Assembly (NCBI GenBank): GCA_963847705.1
Contig: CAWKBC010000008.1
Location: forward strand, 71,593 to 135,592
From: an uncultured Pseudomonadota bacterium
Lineage (GTDB): Bacteria > Myxococcota_A > Polyangia > Fen-1088
Reading direction: 5' to 3'
Length of the DNA stretch: 64,000 nt
Positions 28,970 to 38,728 of the stretch are shown here, piece by piece. The notes beneath the pieces are model-generated. The model saw nothing but the letters and a program-made list of their open reading frames with translations. It had not been told where the DNA came from and did not search any database. The translations under genes and the position numbers were made by a program. The stretch's first letter is position 1. Each line of letters begins with the position of its first letter.

Positions 28970-30430
28970 TCAGAACGCCACCTGGAACCGTGCGATCCCC
29001 ATCTTCTCGGTGGTGCGGTTGGCCCCCTTGGCGCCGCCGTCGAACCAGGTCTGCTCGTAGTCGGCGGCCGCCCTCAAGTTGCGGGTCAACTGCCAGCCCA
29101 GCCCCACGCCCAGGGCGCGCGCCCGGTTGACCGAGGCCGTCGGACTGGCCGCGGTGGGGAAGGCCGACTGATCGATGTCCAGCCAGTTGTAGCGGGCGGC
29201 GATCTCCAGCGCGCCGTAGCCGCCGTTCGCGAGATCGAGGTTGTGGTGCGGCTTGACGCCTTCATAGGTCTCGTCGCCGCCGATGACGAACGACGCCACC
29301 ACGTTCCCGGCGGAGTTGTTCACCGCCCCCGAGCCGACCGAGTTGGCGAGCTGCTGGTATTCGTGCACCCACTCCGCGAGCACCCCGAACGGCCCGAAGT
29401 AGTAGAAGGCCTGGGGGTTGACGCGGGTGTGTCGCCCCTTGGCGAACACGGTGTTCGCGGTCGTCGTCGCCAGATAGCTGAAGATGGTGCTCTGGCTGAA
29501 CGACTTGAAGGCGCCCACCCAGGTGTTGCTGGCCGTTCCCAGCTCGTTGCCGGTGCTGGCCGCGACGCCAACCGCAAGCCGGCCCAGCCCCTTCAGCGAC
29601 GGGGCGCTGAAAGGCTGAACGAGGACGCGGCCCTCGAAGGTCTTGGCGTGATCGCTGTCGATGTCGTTGTTCCCGTTGTCCGGGTTGCCATTGAAGACGC
29701 CACCCTCGTAGTGGATGATCCCGCCAGCGATGTCGCCCCACAGCTCGACACCCACCTCGCGCTGAGGCGACAGGTTCTGCGGGAGCGCCCGCTCGACGAA
29801 GACGAGGTCCGTGTCGGACTGCAACCGCTCGAGCCCCACGGGCCCCTTGAACTTCCCCACCCTCAAACGCAGCCAGGGGAACGGGTGGGTATCGGCGTAG
29901 GCGTCGAAGAGCGCGACGGTGTTGTTACCGAAGTCGGGCACGAACATGAAGTCGGTCAGCCCGAACAGGGTCCCGGCGAGAATCGGCCGCGCCCGGCGGA
30001 CGATGAACGTGTCCACGCTGTTCTGCAGCGGCGTGTTGTCGAAGATCCGGCGGCCGTCGACCTGGAGGACCCCCTTGAAGCGGATCTGGTACTGGCGGTC
30101 GGCGCTGGTGATGGCGAACCCGCCTTCGTCGGTCTGGAAGGTCGTCGTCGACTTCAGCGGCGCGGCAGCCGCCGAGGCGGCCGCCAGCTTGGACTCGAGG
30201 ACCTGCGTGCGCTGCTCGAGCGCGTCGATCCGACCCTGCACCACCGGATCGGGTGTCGGCGCCACCGCGGGGGCGACCGGCGCCGGCGTGGCTTCCGGGG
30301 TGGTGACCGTGGGCGGCGGTGGGGGCACCGGCGCGTCCTGCGCTCGTGCCCGACCCGACACCAATCCCGCCGCGATTATCACAGTAACTCTACCGATTTT
30401 GTAGACTGATTGTCGTACGAAGGGGCTCAT
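28970..30430 (-). CDS. OprO/OprP-family anion-selective porin
   Basis: [44 protein letters not shown]-terminal ARFQVAF. Confidence 0.88.
   Translation of the reverse strand: MSPFVRQSVYKIGRVTVIIAAGLVSGRARAQDAPVPPPPPTVTTPEATPAPVAPAVAPTPDPVVQGRIDALEQRTQVLESKLAAASAAAAPLKSTTTFQTDEGGFAITSADRQYQIRFKGVLQVDGRRIFDNTPLQNSVDTFIVRRARPILAGTLFGLTDFMFVPDFGNNTVALFDAYADTHPFPWLRLRVGKFKGPVGLERLQSDTDLVFVERALPQNLSPQREVGVELWGDIAGGIIHYEGGVFNGNPDNGNNDIDSDHAKTFEGRVLVQPFSAPSLKGLGRLAVGVAASTGNELGTASNTWVGAFKSFSQSTIFSYLATTTANTVFAKGRHTRVNPQAFYYFGPFGVLAEWVHEYQQLANSVGSGAVNNSAGNVVASFVIGGDETYEGVKPHHNLDLANGGYGALEIAARYNWLDIDQSAFPTAASPTASVNRARALGVGLGWQLTRNLRAAADYEQTWFDGGAKGANRTTEKMGIARFQVAF
30387..30407 (-). promoter_or_regulatory. 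Candidate Rrf2 operator (AGTCTAC-N7-GTAGAGT)
   Basis: Perfect TCTAC-N7-GTAGA core in an AT-rich patch at the 5' end of the porin; a similar copy lies at 30925-30945. Confidence 0.45.
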
Positions 30431-30458
30431 TCTGTCCTCTCGGTTTGTGGGGGTCAGC

Positions 30459-30926
30459 TCAGATGCTGTAGGTCAGCGGGGTGCCGGGCGAAAGTCTTGC
30501 GCGGGCAATCTGCGTCTGGACGTCGGCGAGCGTGGTGCTGTCGAGAATCGCCGCGATCGCGTCGCGGACCTTCTTCATGACCTGGCGGGTCCCGCAGGTC
30601 GCCTCGTCGACGCACTCTTCGCAGCGCACGAACGCGCGCTCGCTGACGCAGGGGATCGGGGCCAGCGGGCCGTCGATGACCCGAATGACCTGGCCCATCG
30701 TGATCTGCTCGGGCGGGCGCGCCAGAGAGTAGCCGCCCCCCTTCCCCTTCTTGCTCTTGAGGACGCCGGCGTTCTTCAGCTCGAGGAGGATCGTTTCCAG
30801 GAACTTGTGCGGAATCTTCTCGCGCTCGGCGAGCTCCGCGATCAGCACAGGCCCGCGCGCCTCCTCGGCCGAGAGCGCATAGAGCGCCCTCAATGCGTAC
30901 CGAGCTTTGCGGGACAGATTAGTCAT
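30459..30926 (-). CDS. Rrf2-family transcriptional regulator (CymR/IscR-like)
   Basis: LSRKARYALRAL, IPHKFLETILLEL, SKKGKGGGYSLARPP, DGPLAPIPC with C-terminal Cys cluster (CEEC...C). Confidence 0.93.
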   Translation of the reverse strand: MTNLSRKARYALRALYALSAEEARGPVLIAELAEREKIPHKFLETILLELKNAGVLKSKKGKGGGYSLARPPEQITMGQVIRVIDGPLAPIPCVSERAFVRCEECVDEATCGTRQVMKKVRDAIAAILDSTTLADVQTQIARARLSPGTPLTYSI

Positions 30927-30945
30927 CCTATGTGGTGCATGGACT
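30925..30945 (-). promoter_or_regulatory. Second candidate Rrf2 operator overlapping the rrf2 start codon (AGTCCAT-N7-ATAGGAT)
   Basis: Aligns without gaps to the 30387-30407 site; its position fits autoregulation. Confidence 0.4.
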
Positions 30946-31097
30946 ATCAACCGGCTGAGGTGCCGTCAAGGGAGAAATTCCTGCCCCTTTCGGGAGAATC
31001 TCCGCGTCTGACCCCGTCGCCGGATGCAACCGGCTGATATTGTTGACTTTCAACGCTGGCACGGCGGCTGCTCTTGTTGGCCACGGAGGCACCGCTC

Positions 31098-31583
31098 ATG
31101 AAAATCGATCACACCCGAGTCTTCTTCTTCACCTCTGTCGCTCTCGCCGCGCTCGCGCCCGCCTGTGCGCTCCGTCCGCCCGTTCAGAACAGCGGCGCAG
31201 CGGTGGATCCGAGCGGCGTCGAGATCTCCGTCGTCGGCCAGAGCTGCACCGAGACCGTGGAGACCGACCTTCCCGGCGTCAACCTCGTCGAAGCCGCGGT
31301 CGAGGTGCAGGTGCGCAACGCCGCCCCGCCTCCGGTGGTCATCCACCGCGATGCTTTTCGCCTGCGCGGCGCCGATGGGCGAGCGATTCCCACCTCGACC
31401 TGGAGAGCCAGCGATACCCTGTCGATCGAGGCAGGCCAGGCGAGCACGTTCGAGCTTCGGTTCATGAGCCGCGGCGGTCTCTCCTGCACGAAGCCGATGC
31501 AGCTCGAGGCTGCCGCTGGTATCACCAAAGGCGCGGAGCCGGTGCGGATCGGCGCCGTCAGCTTCGTCCCGTCGCACGCCTGA
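31098..31583 (+). CDS. Hypothetical lipoprotein (Ig-like beta-sandwich likely)
   Basis: GGAGG ribosome site, lipobox LAPAC, pattern VEVQVRN...FRL...IEAGQASTFELRF. Confidence 0.65.
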   Translation: MKIDHTRVFFFTSVALAALAPACALRPPVQNSGAAVDPSGVEISVVGQSCTETVETDLPGVNLVEAAVEVQVRNAAPPPVVIHRDAFRLRGADGRAIPTSTWRASDTLSIEAGQASTFELRFMSRGGLSCTKPMQLEAAAGITKGAEPVRIGAVSFVPSHA

Positions 31584-34500
31584 GAAGCGGCGGGCGGAAA
31601 CGCCACTCGGCGCCGGGGGCTGCCGAGCCGATCGAGGTGCGGCGCCGACGCCGCGCCCGGAGCAGAAACAGCCCGGCCAGCACCAGCCCCGAGCTCCCCG
31701 AGCCCGAAGCGCCGATGTCGCAGCCACCGTCCCTGAGCCCGCTGGTCCCTCGCTGGCCGTTCAGACCAACCGGCGTGGAGCCCTCGGCTTCGGGGATCCC
31801 TGTTGTGCCTCCGGCGCCCGTCGCGCCGAGCTCCCCCGCATCGGCGGCCGGGGTGCCCGCGCCAACCGCGCCACCCGCGCCCGTGGTGACGCTCCCGTCC
31901 GGGAGGTGAGCAGCGATCTGGGCGGCGATCGCGCCAAAGGCGCCGGCGTAGTTGGCGTCGCAGACGGAGGTCACGACGCCGTTGTCGCCGAAGCCCTTCA
32001 CCCATTGCGCGATGCGGACGGCCGGGTCTCCCCAGCTGCCATCGGTCGACACCTGGCCGAGCGGGTTCACGGAGCTCCCCGCGCCGCACGAGTGCTCCAT
32101 CTGCGGCCACAGCTCGCCGGGCCTGAGATTCTGCCCGCTCTCCGGGGCAACCCAGGCCACCGTGTACGGCGTCGGCGGAGCGATGATCGCACCGACGACG
32201 ATCTGCCGGTCGGGGTCCTTCTTGAGCGCCTTGATGCCGCTGATCAGCGCGCTGACGGGGGTGAGGAGCCCATCGGTGTCCAGCGATTCGCAGCTGGTCA
32301 GGTTCAGGGTCGGCGCGGCGGACGTCCCCTGCGCATCACTGGGGGGCGTCTCCGGCGGTTGAATCGGTCGCTGCGGGTCGCCCGCCGGATCGAGGCAGAG
32401 GTGGCCGAATTCGTTGCAGCGGTAGTTGGCGAGCGGCCCGAGCGAGTTGGTCAGGTTCTCCGGCTCGCCGTTGAGCGAATAGAGCGGGGTCATCGAGGGG
32501 GCCGAGCAGTCGTCTTCATTGCTGAGAACGATGATGGCCAGCTCGGCGTCCGGGCGAAGGAAGCCGGCGTTCTCCACCGGCATCGGCGCGCCGTCGGCGC
32601 CGAGCGCGCGGGCGATCGAGCCGAGCTGGTGCTCGAAGCCGCAACCCTGGTCACCGAGCACCGTCACGCACGCGAGCGCGTCCCCCAGATTGCCGGTGTA
32701 GTTGGCGGCGCCGTCCACGTTGGAGATGAACGTCGCGCCCGGCGCGAGCGGGGAGGTGGTACAACCCGCTCCCACCTGGAAGCGCCCCTGGTCGCCGGCC
32801 GCCGTGCACAGGAGCGCCGTCGTGGAATCGCCCGGTGCGCCCAGGTCGGAAGAGATCACGGCGATGTGAAGGTTGGGAAGTCCGTCGGAGAGGCTCTCCA
32901 GCGCCTGGACGAAGGTCGGCATCTGCAGCGCCAGCTTCTTCTGCATGCTGGTCATCTCCGACGAGTTGTCGATCATGAACAGGATGTCGACGTTTCGGTC
33001 GCTGGCGCCGGCGTCCGTGCTGGTGATGGCCGCGCGCTTGGTGTCTGCCGCGGCTCCTCGCTCTGGCGGCGCACAGGAGACGAGGGGCACCAGCGCGACG
33101 CAACCTGCCAGGCAGGCGGACGGGCGCGAGCTGGCCGCGACGGAGCCGCGCCAGGTCGGCCGGGATGCTCGCCGCGCCCCCCGACGACGCCTCCGCCCGG
33201 CGATCAAAAGCGCGAAGAGCAAGGTCAGGCTCCATCCGCTCGGGGCCGAACCGCCGATGTCGCAGCCGCCGCTCGTCAATCCGCTGTGCGGCTTGTCAGA
33301 GGAGGACGAGCCGCCGCCGCCCACATCACCTTTGAGGCCATCTCCGCCCGGGAGGCCGGGGCCTCCGTCGATCGCCACCGCGTCACCACCGCCGTCCGCG
33401 GCGCCCCCCTCCGGAGTGCCTCCGTCCGCGGCGCCCCCCTGGAGATGCGCGCCGATCTTCGCGGCCAGGCCGGCGAGCAAGCTCACGTAGCTGGGGTTGC
33501 AGATCGAGGTCGACAGGCCGTGGTCGCCAAATCCCTGCACGAGCTGGTTGATGCGGACGGCCGGCTCACCAGCGCTGCCGTCGCCCGACGCGCACGCGTC
33601 CTCGATCTGCGGCCAGAGCTCGCCCTGCCTCAGGTTCTGCCCGCCGACCGGGGGCACCCAGTCCACGGTGTAGGGCGCCGCTGGCGCGACGATGGCACCG
33701 ACGAAGATCTGCTGGTCGAGCTCAGGCTTGAGCGCCTTGAGCCCGCTCACGAGCGTGCTCACCGGCGTCAGCAGCCCGTCGTCGTCGAGCGATTCACAGT
33801 CGGTCAAGGTCAAGGTCGGCGCAGAGGGCGTCCCTTGTGCGTCGGCCGGCGCCGTCGCGGGCGGCTGGATCAGCCTCTGCGGATCCCCGGACGGGTCGAT
33901 ACACAGGTGGCCGAACTCGTTGCACCGATATCTGGTCAGCGGGCCGAACTCATTGGCGATGTTGTTCTTCCCGCTGTTGAGCGAATAGAGGTCGGTGGTT
34001 GGCGGCGCCGAGCAATCGTCCGCGTCGGAGAGGATGATGATGGCCAGGTCGGCCTCTGGACGCAGAAAGCCGGCGTTCCGCGCCGGCGCCGGGGCGCCGT
34101 CGGCGCCGAGCGCACGCGCGATGGAGCCGAGCTGGTGTCCGAAGCCACACCCCGTCTCGCCGAGCGGCGTGATGCAGGCCAGGACATCCGCCAGATTGTC
34201 CGTGTAGTTGGCGTTCCCGCCGATATTCGAGAGGTAGGTGTCGCCGTCGGCGAGCGTCGAGCTGGCGCAGCTGGGCGCAAGCCGAAACAGCCCCTGGTCG
34301 CCGGCCGTCGTGCAGGTGACGGACGTCGCGTCGCCGGGCGCCCCCAGGTCCGACGAGACCACCGCGATGTGAATGTTGGGGAGCCCATTGGGGAGGCTCT
34401 CCAGCGCATCGATGAAAGCCCGCATCTCCGTCGCCAGCTTGGTCTGCATCGACGCCATCCCCGACGAGTCGTCGATCATGAACAGGACATCGAGATCGCC

Positions 34501-34689
34501 CGGCTCCCCGCCGGGAGTGACAGCCGCGATCTGGACGGCCTTCGTCTCCACGGCCCCGTCGCGCTCGGGTGAGGCACACGAGGCACCCGCCACCAGGCCG
34601 AGGCCGAGAGCAAGGACGGCGGCCTTCGCGCCAACGGGGACGGCTCCGCGTCGTGGGCTCATGTCCGGTAGTTCGCGGACCCGCGTCAT
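31558..34689 (-). CDS. Tandem vWA-like surface protein: two full units, each lipobox, vWA-like domain and MYXO-CTERM, in one ORF
   Basis: Unit 1 DVLFMIDDSSGM...IAVVSSDLGA...GCGFGHQL...GFLRPEADLAIIILSDADDCS; unit 2 DILFMIDNSSEM...GCGFEHQL...GFLRPDAELAIIVLSNEDDCS; GGCDIG-TM-RRRRR after each. The start could also be ATG 34662. Confidence 0.8.
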   Translation of the reverse strand: MTRVRELPDMSPRRGAVPVGAKAAVLALGLGLVAGASCASPERDGAVETKAVQIAAVTPGGEPGDLDVLFMIDDSSGMASMQTKLATEMRAFIDALESLPNGLPNIHIAVVSSDLGAPGDATSVTCTTAGDQGLFRLAPSCASSTLADGDTYLSNIGGNANYTDNLADVLACITPLGETGCGFGHQLGSIARALGADGAPAPARNAGFLRPEADLAIIILSDADDCSAPPTTDLYSLNSGKNNIANEFGPLTRYRCNEFGHLCIDPSGDPQRLIQPPATAPADAQGTPSAPTLTLTDCESLDDDGLLTPVSTLVSGLKALKPELDQQIFVGAIVAPAAPYTVDWVPPVGGQNLRQGELWPQIEDACASGDGSAGEPAVRINQLVQGFGDHGLSTSICNPSYVSLLAGLAAKIGAHLQGGAADGGTPEGGAADGGGDAVAIDGGPGLPGGDGLKGDVGGGGSSSSDKPHSGLTSGGCDIGGSAPSGWSLTLLFALLIAGRRRRRGARRASRPTWRGSVAASSRPSACLAGCVALVPLVSCAPPERGAAADTKRAAITSTDAGASDRNVDILFMIDNSSEMTSMQKKLALQMPTFVQALESLSDGLPNLHIAVISSDLGAPGDSTTALLCTAAGDQGRFQVGAGCTTSPLAPGATFISNVDGAANYTGNLGDALACVTVLGDQGCGFEHQLGSIARALGADGAPMPVENAGFLRPDAELAIIVLSNEDDCSAPSMTPLYSLNGEPENLTNSLGPLANYRCNEFGHLCLDPAGDPQRPIQPPETPPSDAQGTSAAPTLNLTSCESLDTDGLLTPVSALISGIKALKKDPDRQIVVGAIIAPPTPYTVAWVAPESGQNLRPGELWPQMEHSCGAGSSVNPLGQVSTDGSWGDPAVRIAQWVKGFGDNGVVTSVCDANYAGAFGAIAAQIAAHLPDGSVTTGAGGAVGAGTPAADAGELGATGAGGTTGIPEAEGSTPVGLNGQRGTSGLRDGGCDIGASGSGSSGLVLAGLFLLRARRRRRTSIGSAAPGAEWRFRPPLLRRATGRS

Positions 34690-34777
34690 CTCAGGTCATA
34701 TTTCGACACCTCGGTCCGGGGAAATCCATCACATCCATCTCACCCTTCCCCCCCCGGAAGGTCGACCGCAGCGTGGG

Positions 34778-37700
34778 CTAGCGTTGGGGCGATCTGCGCC
34801 GGCGGCCCCGCATCGCGGCGAGACCCAGCACCAGGCCGAACAGCGTGCCCCACGAGCCGCCCTTGGCCTCGGCCGCGGTGGCGCAAGAGCAGCCGCTCGA
34901 ACCGGACTCGCCGGTGCCCGCGGTCCCGCCCTCGCCCGTCGCGCTCCCCCCGGTCCCGGTGGTGCTACCGGTGCCGTTGGCGCCACCGGCGCCGGTCCCC
35001 ATGGTGCCCCCGCTGGCGCTCGTTCCGCCAGCGCCCTTGCTGCCACCGGTCCCCGTGCTGCTGCCGCCGGTGCCGGTGGTGGTCGTGGTGCCGCCGGTGC
35101 CGGTGACGCTGCCGCCGGAGCCGGTGACGCCGCCGGTCCCCGTCGCTCCGCCCAGGCCCGTGCTCGTACCGCCGGTGCCGGTCGTACCGCCGGCGCCCGT
35201 CGTACCGCCGGTGCCGGTCGTGCCGCTTGCGCCCCCGACCGAGCTGCCGCACCCCGTCCCGATCAGAACCGCGCTGGTGGCGGCCGTCCCGACGGCGAGG
35301 GAGATGACGGTCGGTTTGCCCGCGGCCGCGGTCACCGAGGCCGCGCTGGCGCCCCCGACCGACACCGCGTACGTGCCGGCCGCCAGGCCGACCACGGTCA
35401 GCGTCGTCGCGTGCGCGTCGCCGGTCTGATTCTGCAGGGTGAACCCGAGGTAGTTGTTCGCCGAGCTGACGCTGGCCGACGTGTAGCGATCCCGGTTCAG
35501 GTTGAATGACATCTTCTGCGAGATCATGTTGAGCCGCTTGAACACGCCGTCGGTCGGGGTGATCGACGCGCAGCTGTTGGCGCTGGAGACGTTGCAGCCG
35601 TAGCCGGTCAGCCCGAAGATCGGATCGTTGGCCACGTCGGCGCTCAGGATCCGCAGCGCGCCGAAGAGGCCCAGATCGGCTTCGCCGCTCATCTGCCGCC
35701 AGTCGTTGTGGAGGTTGCTGGTCGCGGGGTCGAAGCTGTTGACGTAGACGTTCCCCTTCATTCCTTGGTACGTCCAGCTCACCGTCCCCAGGTTGGCGGC
35801 GTCGCCGTCGATCTGACCGGAGTTGATGGCGCTGATGTTGGCGATCTTGGCGGCGTACGACAGCCGCTCGTCGAGCTCGGGCGTGGTCGACTGTGTGCGG
35901 ACGAAGTCGTCCATGCACGAGCCGGCCAGCGCGGCGGTGTACTGGAACTGCCACCAGTTCTCGCCGTTGTTGGTGACGGGGTCCGAGTAGTAGTACCAGA
36001 CCGGCTCCTGCCCGCGGCAGGCGCGCGTCTTGGCGTTGACCTTGGACAGCACCGCGCTGTCGTTGCTCTGCTTGGCCGCCATGTAGACGGCCTCCTCGCC
36101 GGTGTTGTCGTAGGTGTACTCCGAGCCGTACGGATACTTGCTGGCGGAAAACGCGTTGTAGAGCTTGGCGATGACGCCGGTGACGAACGTCGCCTCGGTG
36201 GTGTGACCGCCCGCGGTCAACGCGGCGGCGATGTCGGGGAGCGTCTGCTCGCCCATGTAGCCGGTTCCGGTGTCGCCGTGCCCCGAGTAGAGCGTGTGGA
36301 TGATGTCGTAGGCGCGCAGCAGGTAGGTGTCGGCCGTCTGCTGGTAAGTGATGAGCTTGGGATACTGGCTGGCGATCTTGTACATCGAGAAGTAGGTGTT
36401 GAAGGCGTGCGGGTAGGCGTAGGCGCGGTCGTAGTAGCAGCCCATGATGTTCGAGGCGCTGGTCCCGACCGGGCACCACCAGTCCTGCACGATGTACGAG
36501 GTGGGATCGATGGCCCGCCCCCAGACCGCGGCCAGGTAGGCGTCGAGCGCGGTCACCTCGGAGGCGACCGGCGTCTGCGCGTTCTTCTCGGCCAGGAACT
36601 GGCCGTGCGTCCAGCCCCAGTCGTCCCCCCAGCCGCTGCCGCCTTCGGCGCCCCGCTTGGTCTTGCTGTCCATCATCCAGTCGTCGAAGAGGCCCTTCAT
36701 GTCGCCGCTCGGCCACTGCTGGTTGGCCACCATGAACGTGGCGTGGCGCTGCAGGGCCGTCTCGACCGGCTCGATGACGTAGAACTGCAAGGTCGTCGTC
36801 AGGCCGGTGCCGTAGCTGACCGTGACGTCGTTCTGACCGAGCTGGCTGAAGCTCAGTTGATAGATCTTGTGGTCGGTGGCCACGGTGCCGAGCGCGGTGA
36901 TGGTCGTCTTCGAGGCGAACTGCGGGGTGAGCGAATTGATCGTCTGTGTGGTGTGCAGATCGATCTTCGCCGTCATGTTGGTGGGGACGATCATGCCGGG
37001 GACGACGCTGACGTCGATCATCCCTTCGCTGTAGAGCCGGTTCTGCACGTCGGTGTGGCTGGCCACGTTGAAGAACTTGAAGCCGTAGGTCTGGCTGGCG
37101 CCCGGCGCCAGGGTGAGGCTGGTGTTGGGCAGATAGCCGCGGTTGGTGCTCTTGATGACGTTGGAGTGGATGTAGAAGACGTCGAGCCCGTTGGTCCACT
37201 TGGGCGTCCCGCCGCCCGCCGCCCAGGCGCTGCCGGAGTGCTCCTTGGAGACCCAGTTGTCCATGTACTCGAAGCCGGCGCCGGTCGTCTGATCGGGCGT
37301 CATCAGGATGAAGGGGCCCACGCCGCTCGGACGCCCGACCGTGAGGTAGGAGTCGTTGTTGCCGGTGAACGAGTGGTAGATGGTGCGCGTCTCGTAGATG
37401 ACGTCGTTGGCCTGGTTCCAGTACTCGTTGAAGGGGAGCGGCAGCCCGAAGTCGCCCATCTCCATCGTCTGCGTGCTGGTGTTGGTGACGGTGATCTGCC
37501 AGGAGAGGTAGTCGTTCACCAGGGCGTAGGTCTCGGTGAGCTTGAAGTTCTTCACCCCTTTTGCGTTGGCCGAGCTCTGATAGGTGACCGTGACCGAGTT
37601 GGTGCCGCTGGTGATGGCGCGGACATCGGCCGACTGGTTGGTCAGCGCCTGCGTCCAGGCGCCGGTCCCGAGGCGGTAGTTGAACATCAGCTCGCCCACC

Positions 37701-37915
37701 CATTCGTGATCGGAGGTGTTCTGGCCGGGGGCGTTGGTCGCGTTCAAGACGTAGTTGGTCGGGAAGGTGTCGCCGGTGAGCTGCAGCGACGAGATCTCGC
37801 CGTTGGTCCCGATCTGCGCCTTGAAGTAACTGTTCGAGAGCGTCTGCGCCCCGGCCCCGGTCGCGAACGCCGACAGCGACACCGCCACCAAGGTGACGGC
37901 GGACAGTCTCTTCAT
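34778..37915 (-). CDS. Secreted DUF5695-like putative glycoside hydrolase with Gly/Thr linker and MYXO-CTERM
   Basis: Signal peptide; GDFGLPLPFN, RAYAYPH, GYMGE, PYGSEYTYDNTGEEA, SGEADLGLFG (DUF5695-like, from memory); tail SSGCSC...LFGLVLGLAAMRGRRRR. Confidence 0.75.
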   Translation of the reverse strand: MKRLSAVTLVAVSLSAFATGAGAQTLSNSYFKAQIGTNGEISSLQLTGDTFPTNYVLNATNAPGQNTSDHEWVGELMFNYRLGTGAWTQALTNQSADVRAITSGTNSVTVTYQSSANAKGVKNFKLTETYALVNDYLSWQITVTNTSTQTMEMGDFGLPLPFNEYWNQANDVIYETRTIYHSFTGNNDSYLTVGRPSGVGPFILMTPDQTTGAGFEYMDNWVSKEHSGSAWAAGGGTPKWTNGLDVFYIHSNVIKSTNRGYLPNTSLTLAPGASQTYGFKFFNVASHTDVQNRLYSEGMIDVSVVPGMIVPTNMTAKIDLHTTQTINSLTPQFASKTTITALGTVATDHKIYQLSFSQLGQNDVTVSYGTGLTTTLQFYVIEPVETALQRHATFMVANQQWPSGDMKGLFDDWMMDSKTKRGAEGGSGWGDDWGWTHGQFLAEKNAQTPVASEVTALDAYLAAVWGRAIDPTSYIVQDWWCPVGTSASNIMGCYYDRAYAYPHAFNTYFSMYKIASQYPKLITYQQTADTYLLRAYDIIHTLYSGHGDTGTGYMGEQTLPDIAAALTAGGHTTEATFVTGVIAKLYNAFSASKYPYGSEYTYDNTGEEAVYMAAKQSNDSAVLSKVNAKTRACRGQEPVWYYYSDPVTNNGENWWQFQYTAALAGSCMDDFVRTQSTTPELDERLSYAAKIANISAINSGQIDGDAANLGTVSWTYQGMKGNVYVNSFDPATSNLHNDWRQMSGEADLGLFGALRILSADVANDPIFGLTGYGCNVSSANSCASITPTDGVFKRLNMISQKMSFNLNRDRYTSASVSSANNYLGFTLQNQTGDAHATTLTVVGLAAGTYAVSVGGASAASVTAAAGKPTVISLAVGTAATSAVLIGTGCGSSVGGASGTTGTGGTTGAGGTTGTGGTSTGLGGATGTGGVTGSGGSVTGTGGTTTTTGTGGSSTGTGGSKGAGGTSASGGTMGTGAGGANGTGSTTGTGGSATGEGGTAGTGESGSSGCSCATAAEAKGGSWGTLFGLVLGLAAMRGRRRRSPQR

Positions 37916-38080
37916 CGCGCTCCTTGTCGAATGATTGGCCATGCCGGGAAGAAGTGACGCCATCTCACCCGCACGGCTCGTCAGAATCGGCCGCCGCGGA
38001 GCAGGTGAGAGGTGGCCCGGGCGCGCCGTTTTTTTGAGCCGTCCGGCCCCTGCCCCGTCACCTCTGACGGACGCGGCGGG

Positions 38081-38683
38081 TCACGCCGGTGGTCGCTCGA
38101 AGACCCGGATGGCGGCGCGGTCGCCGATGCGCGTGCGGTCGAACGCCGAGCGCGCCAGGGACATCGTCAGGTCGGTCTCGTCGTCGATCAGCTCCCGCGC
38201 CTCCGGGCTGTCGTCGAGCTGGTAGCCGAGCTTCTCGAACAGCCGGCGCGAGGCGGCGTTGGCGGGGATCACCGAGACGTAGATCCGTTCGAGCGCGAGC
38301 ACGTCGAAGCCGAACCGGTGCAGCATGAGCGCGAAGCGCGTGCCGAGGCCGCGCCCCTGGCTGGCCCGCCCGCCGATCATGATGGCGAACTCGCCGGTGG
38401 ACGCCCCGATGTTGCGGAAGTCGGCGTCCCCCATCAGCACGCCGTCCAGATGAAGGAGAAACGGTCGCCCCCCTTCGACGCGCAGCTCGTCGTAATAGGC
38501 GATCACGTCGGCGGCGCTGTGCGGCTGGCCGTCGTGCCCCATCATCACGCGGTTGTGGCCGTCGTTGTAGGAGGCGGCCAGCTCGGGCGCCGCGCGCCGG
38601 AGCTCATCGTCGGTCGGTTCGAGGGCGGTCAGCGTCTCACCCTCCGCTGCCCATTCCACGGCCCAGAGGCGCGCCTTGTCCAT
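38081..38683 (-). CDS. GNAT N-acetyltransferase (RimJ/RimL-like)
   Basis: EFAIMIGGRASQGRGLG (acetyl-CoA motif A), NAASRRLFEKLGY. Confidence 0.85.
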   Translation of the reverse strand: MDKARLWAVEWAAEGETLTALEPTDDELRRAAPELAASYNDGHNRVMMGHDGQPHSAADVIAYYDELRVEGGRPFLLHLDGVLMGDADFRNIGASTGEFAIMIGGRASQGRGLGTRFALMLHRFGFDVLALERIYVSVIPANAASRRLFEKLGYQLDDSPEARELIDDETDLTMSLARSAFDRTRIGDRAAIRVFERPPA

Positions 38684-38728
38684 GCGGCCCTAGAGTATGC
38701 GATCGGAGGCGCCCGGCCAGCGGAGCCG

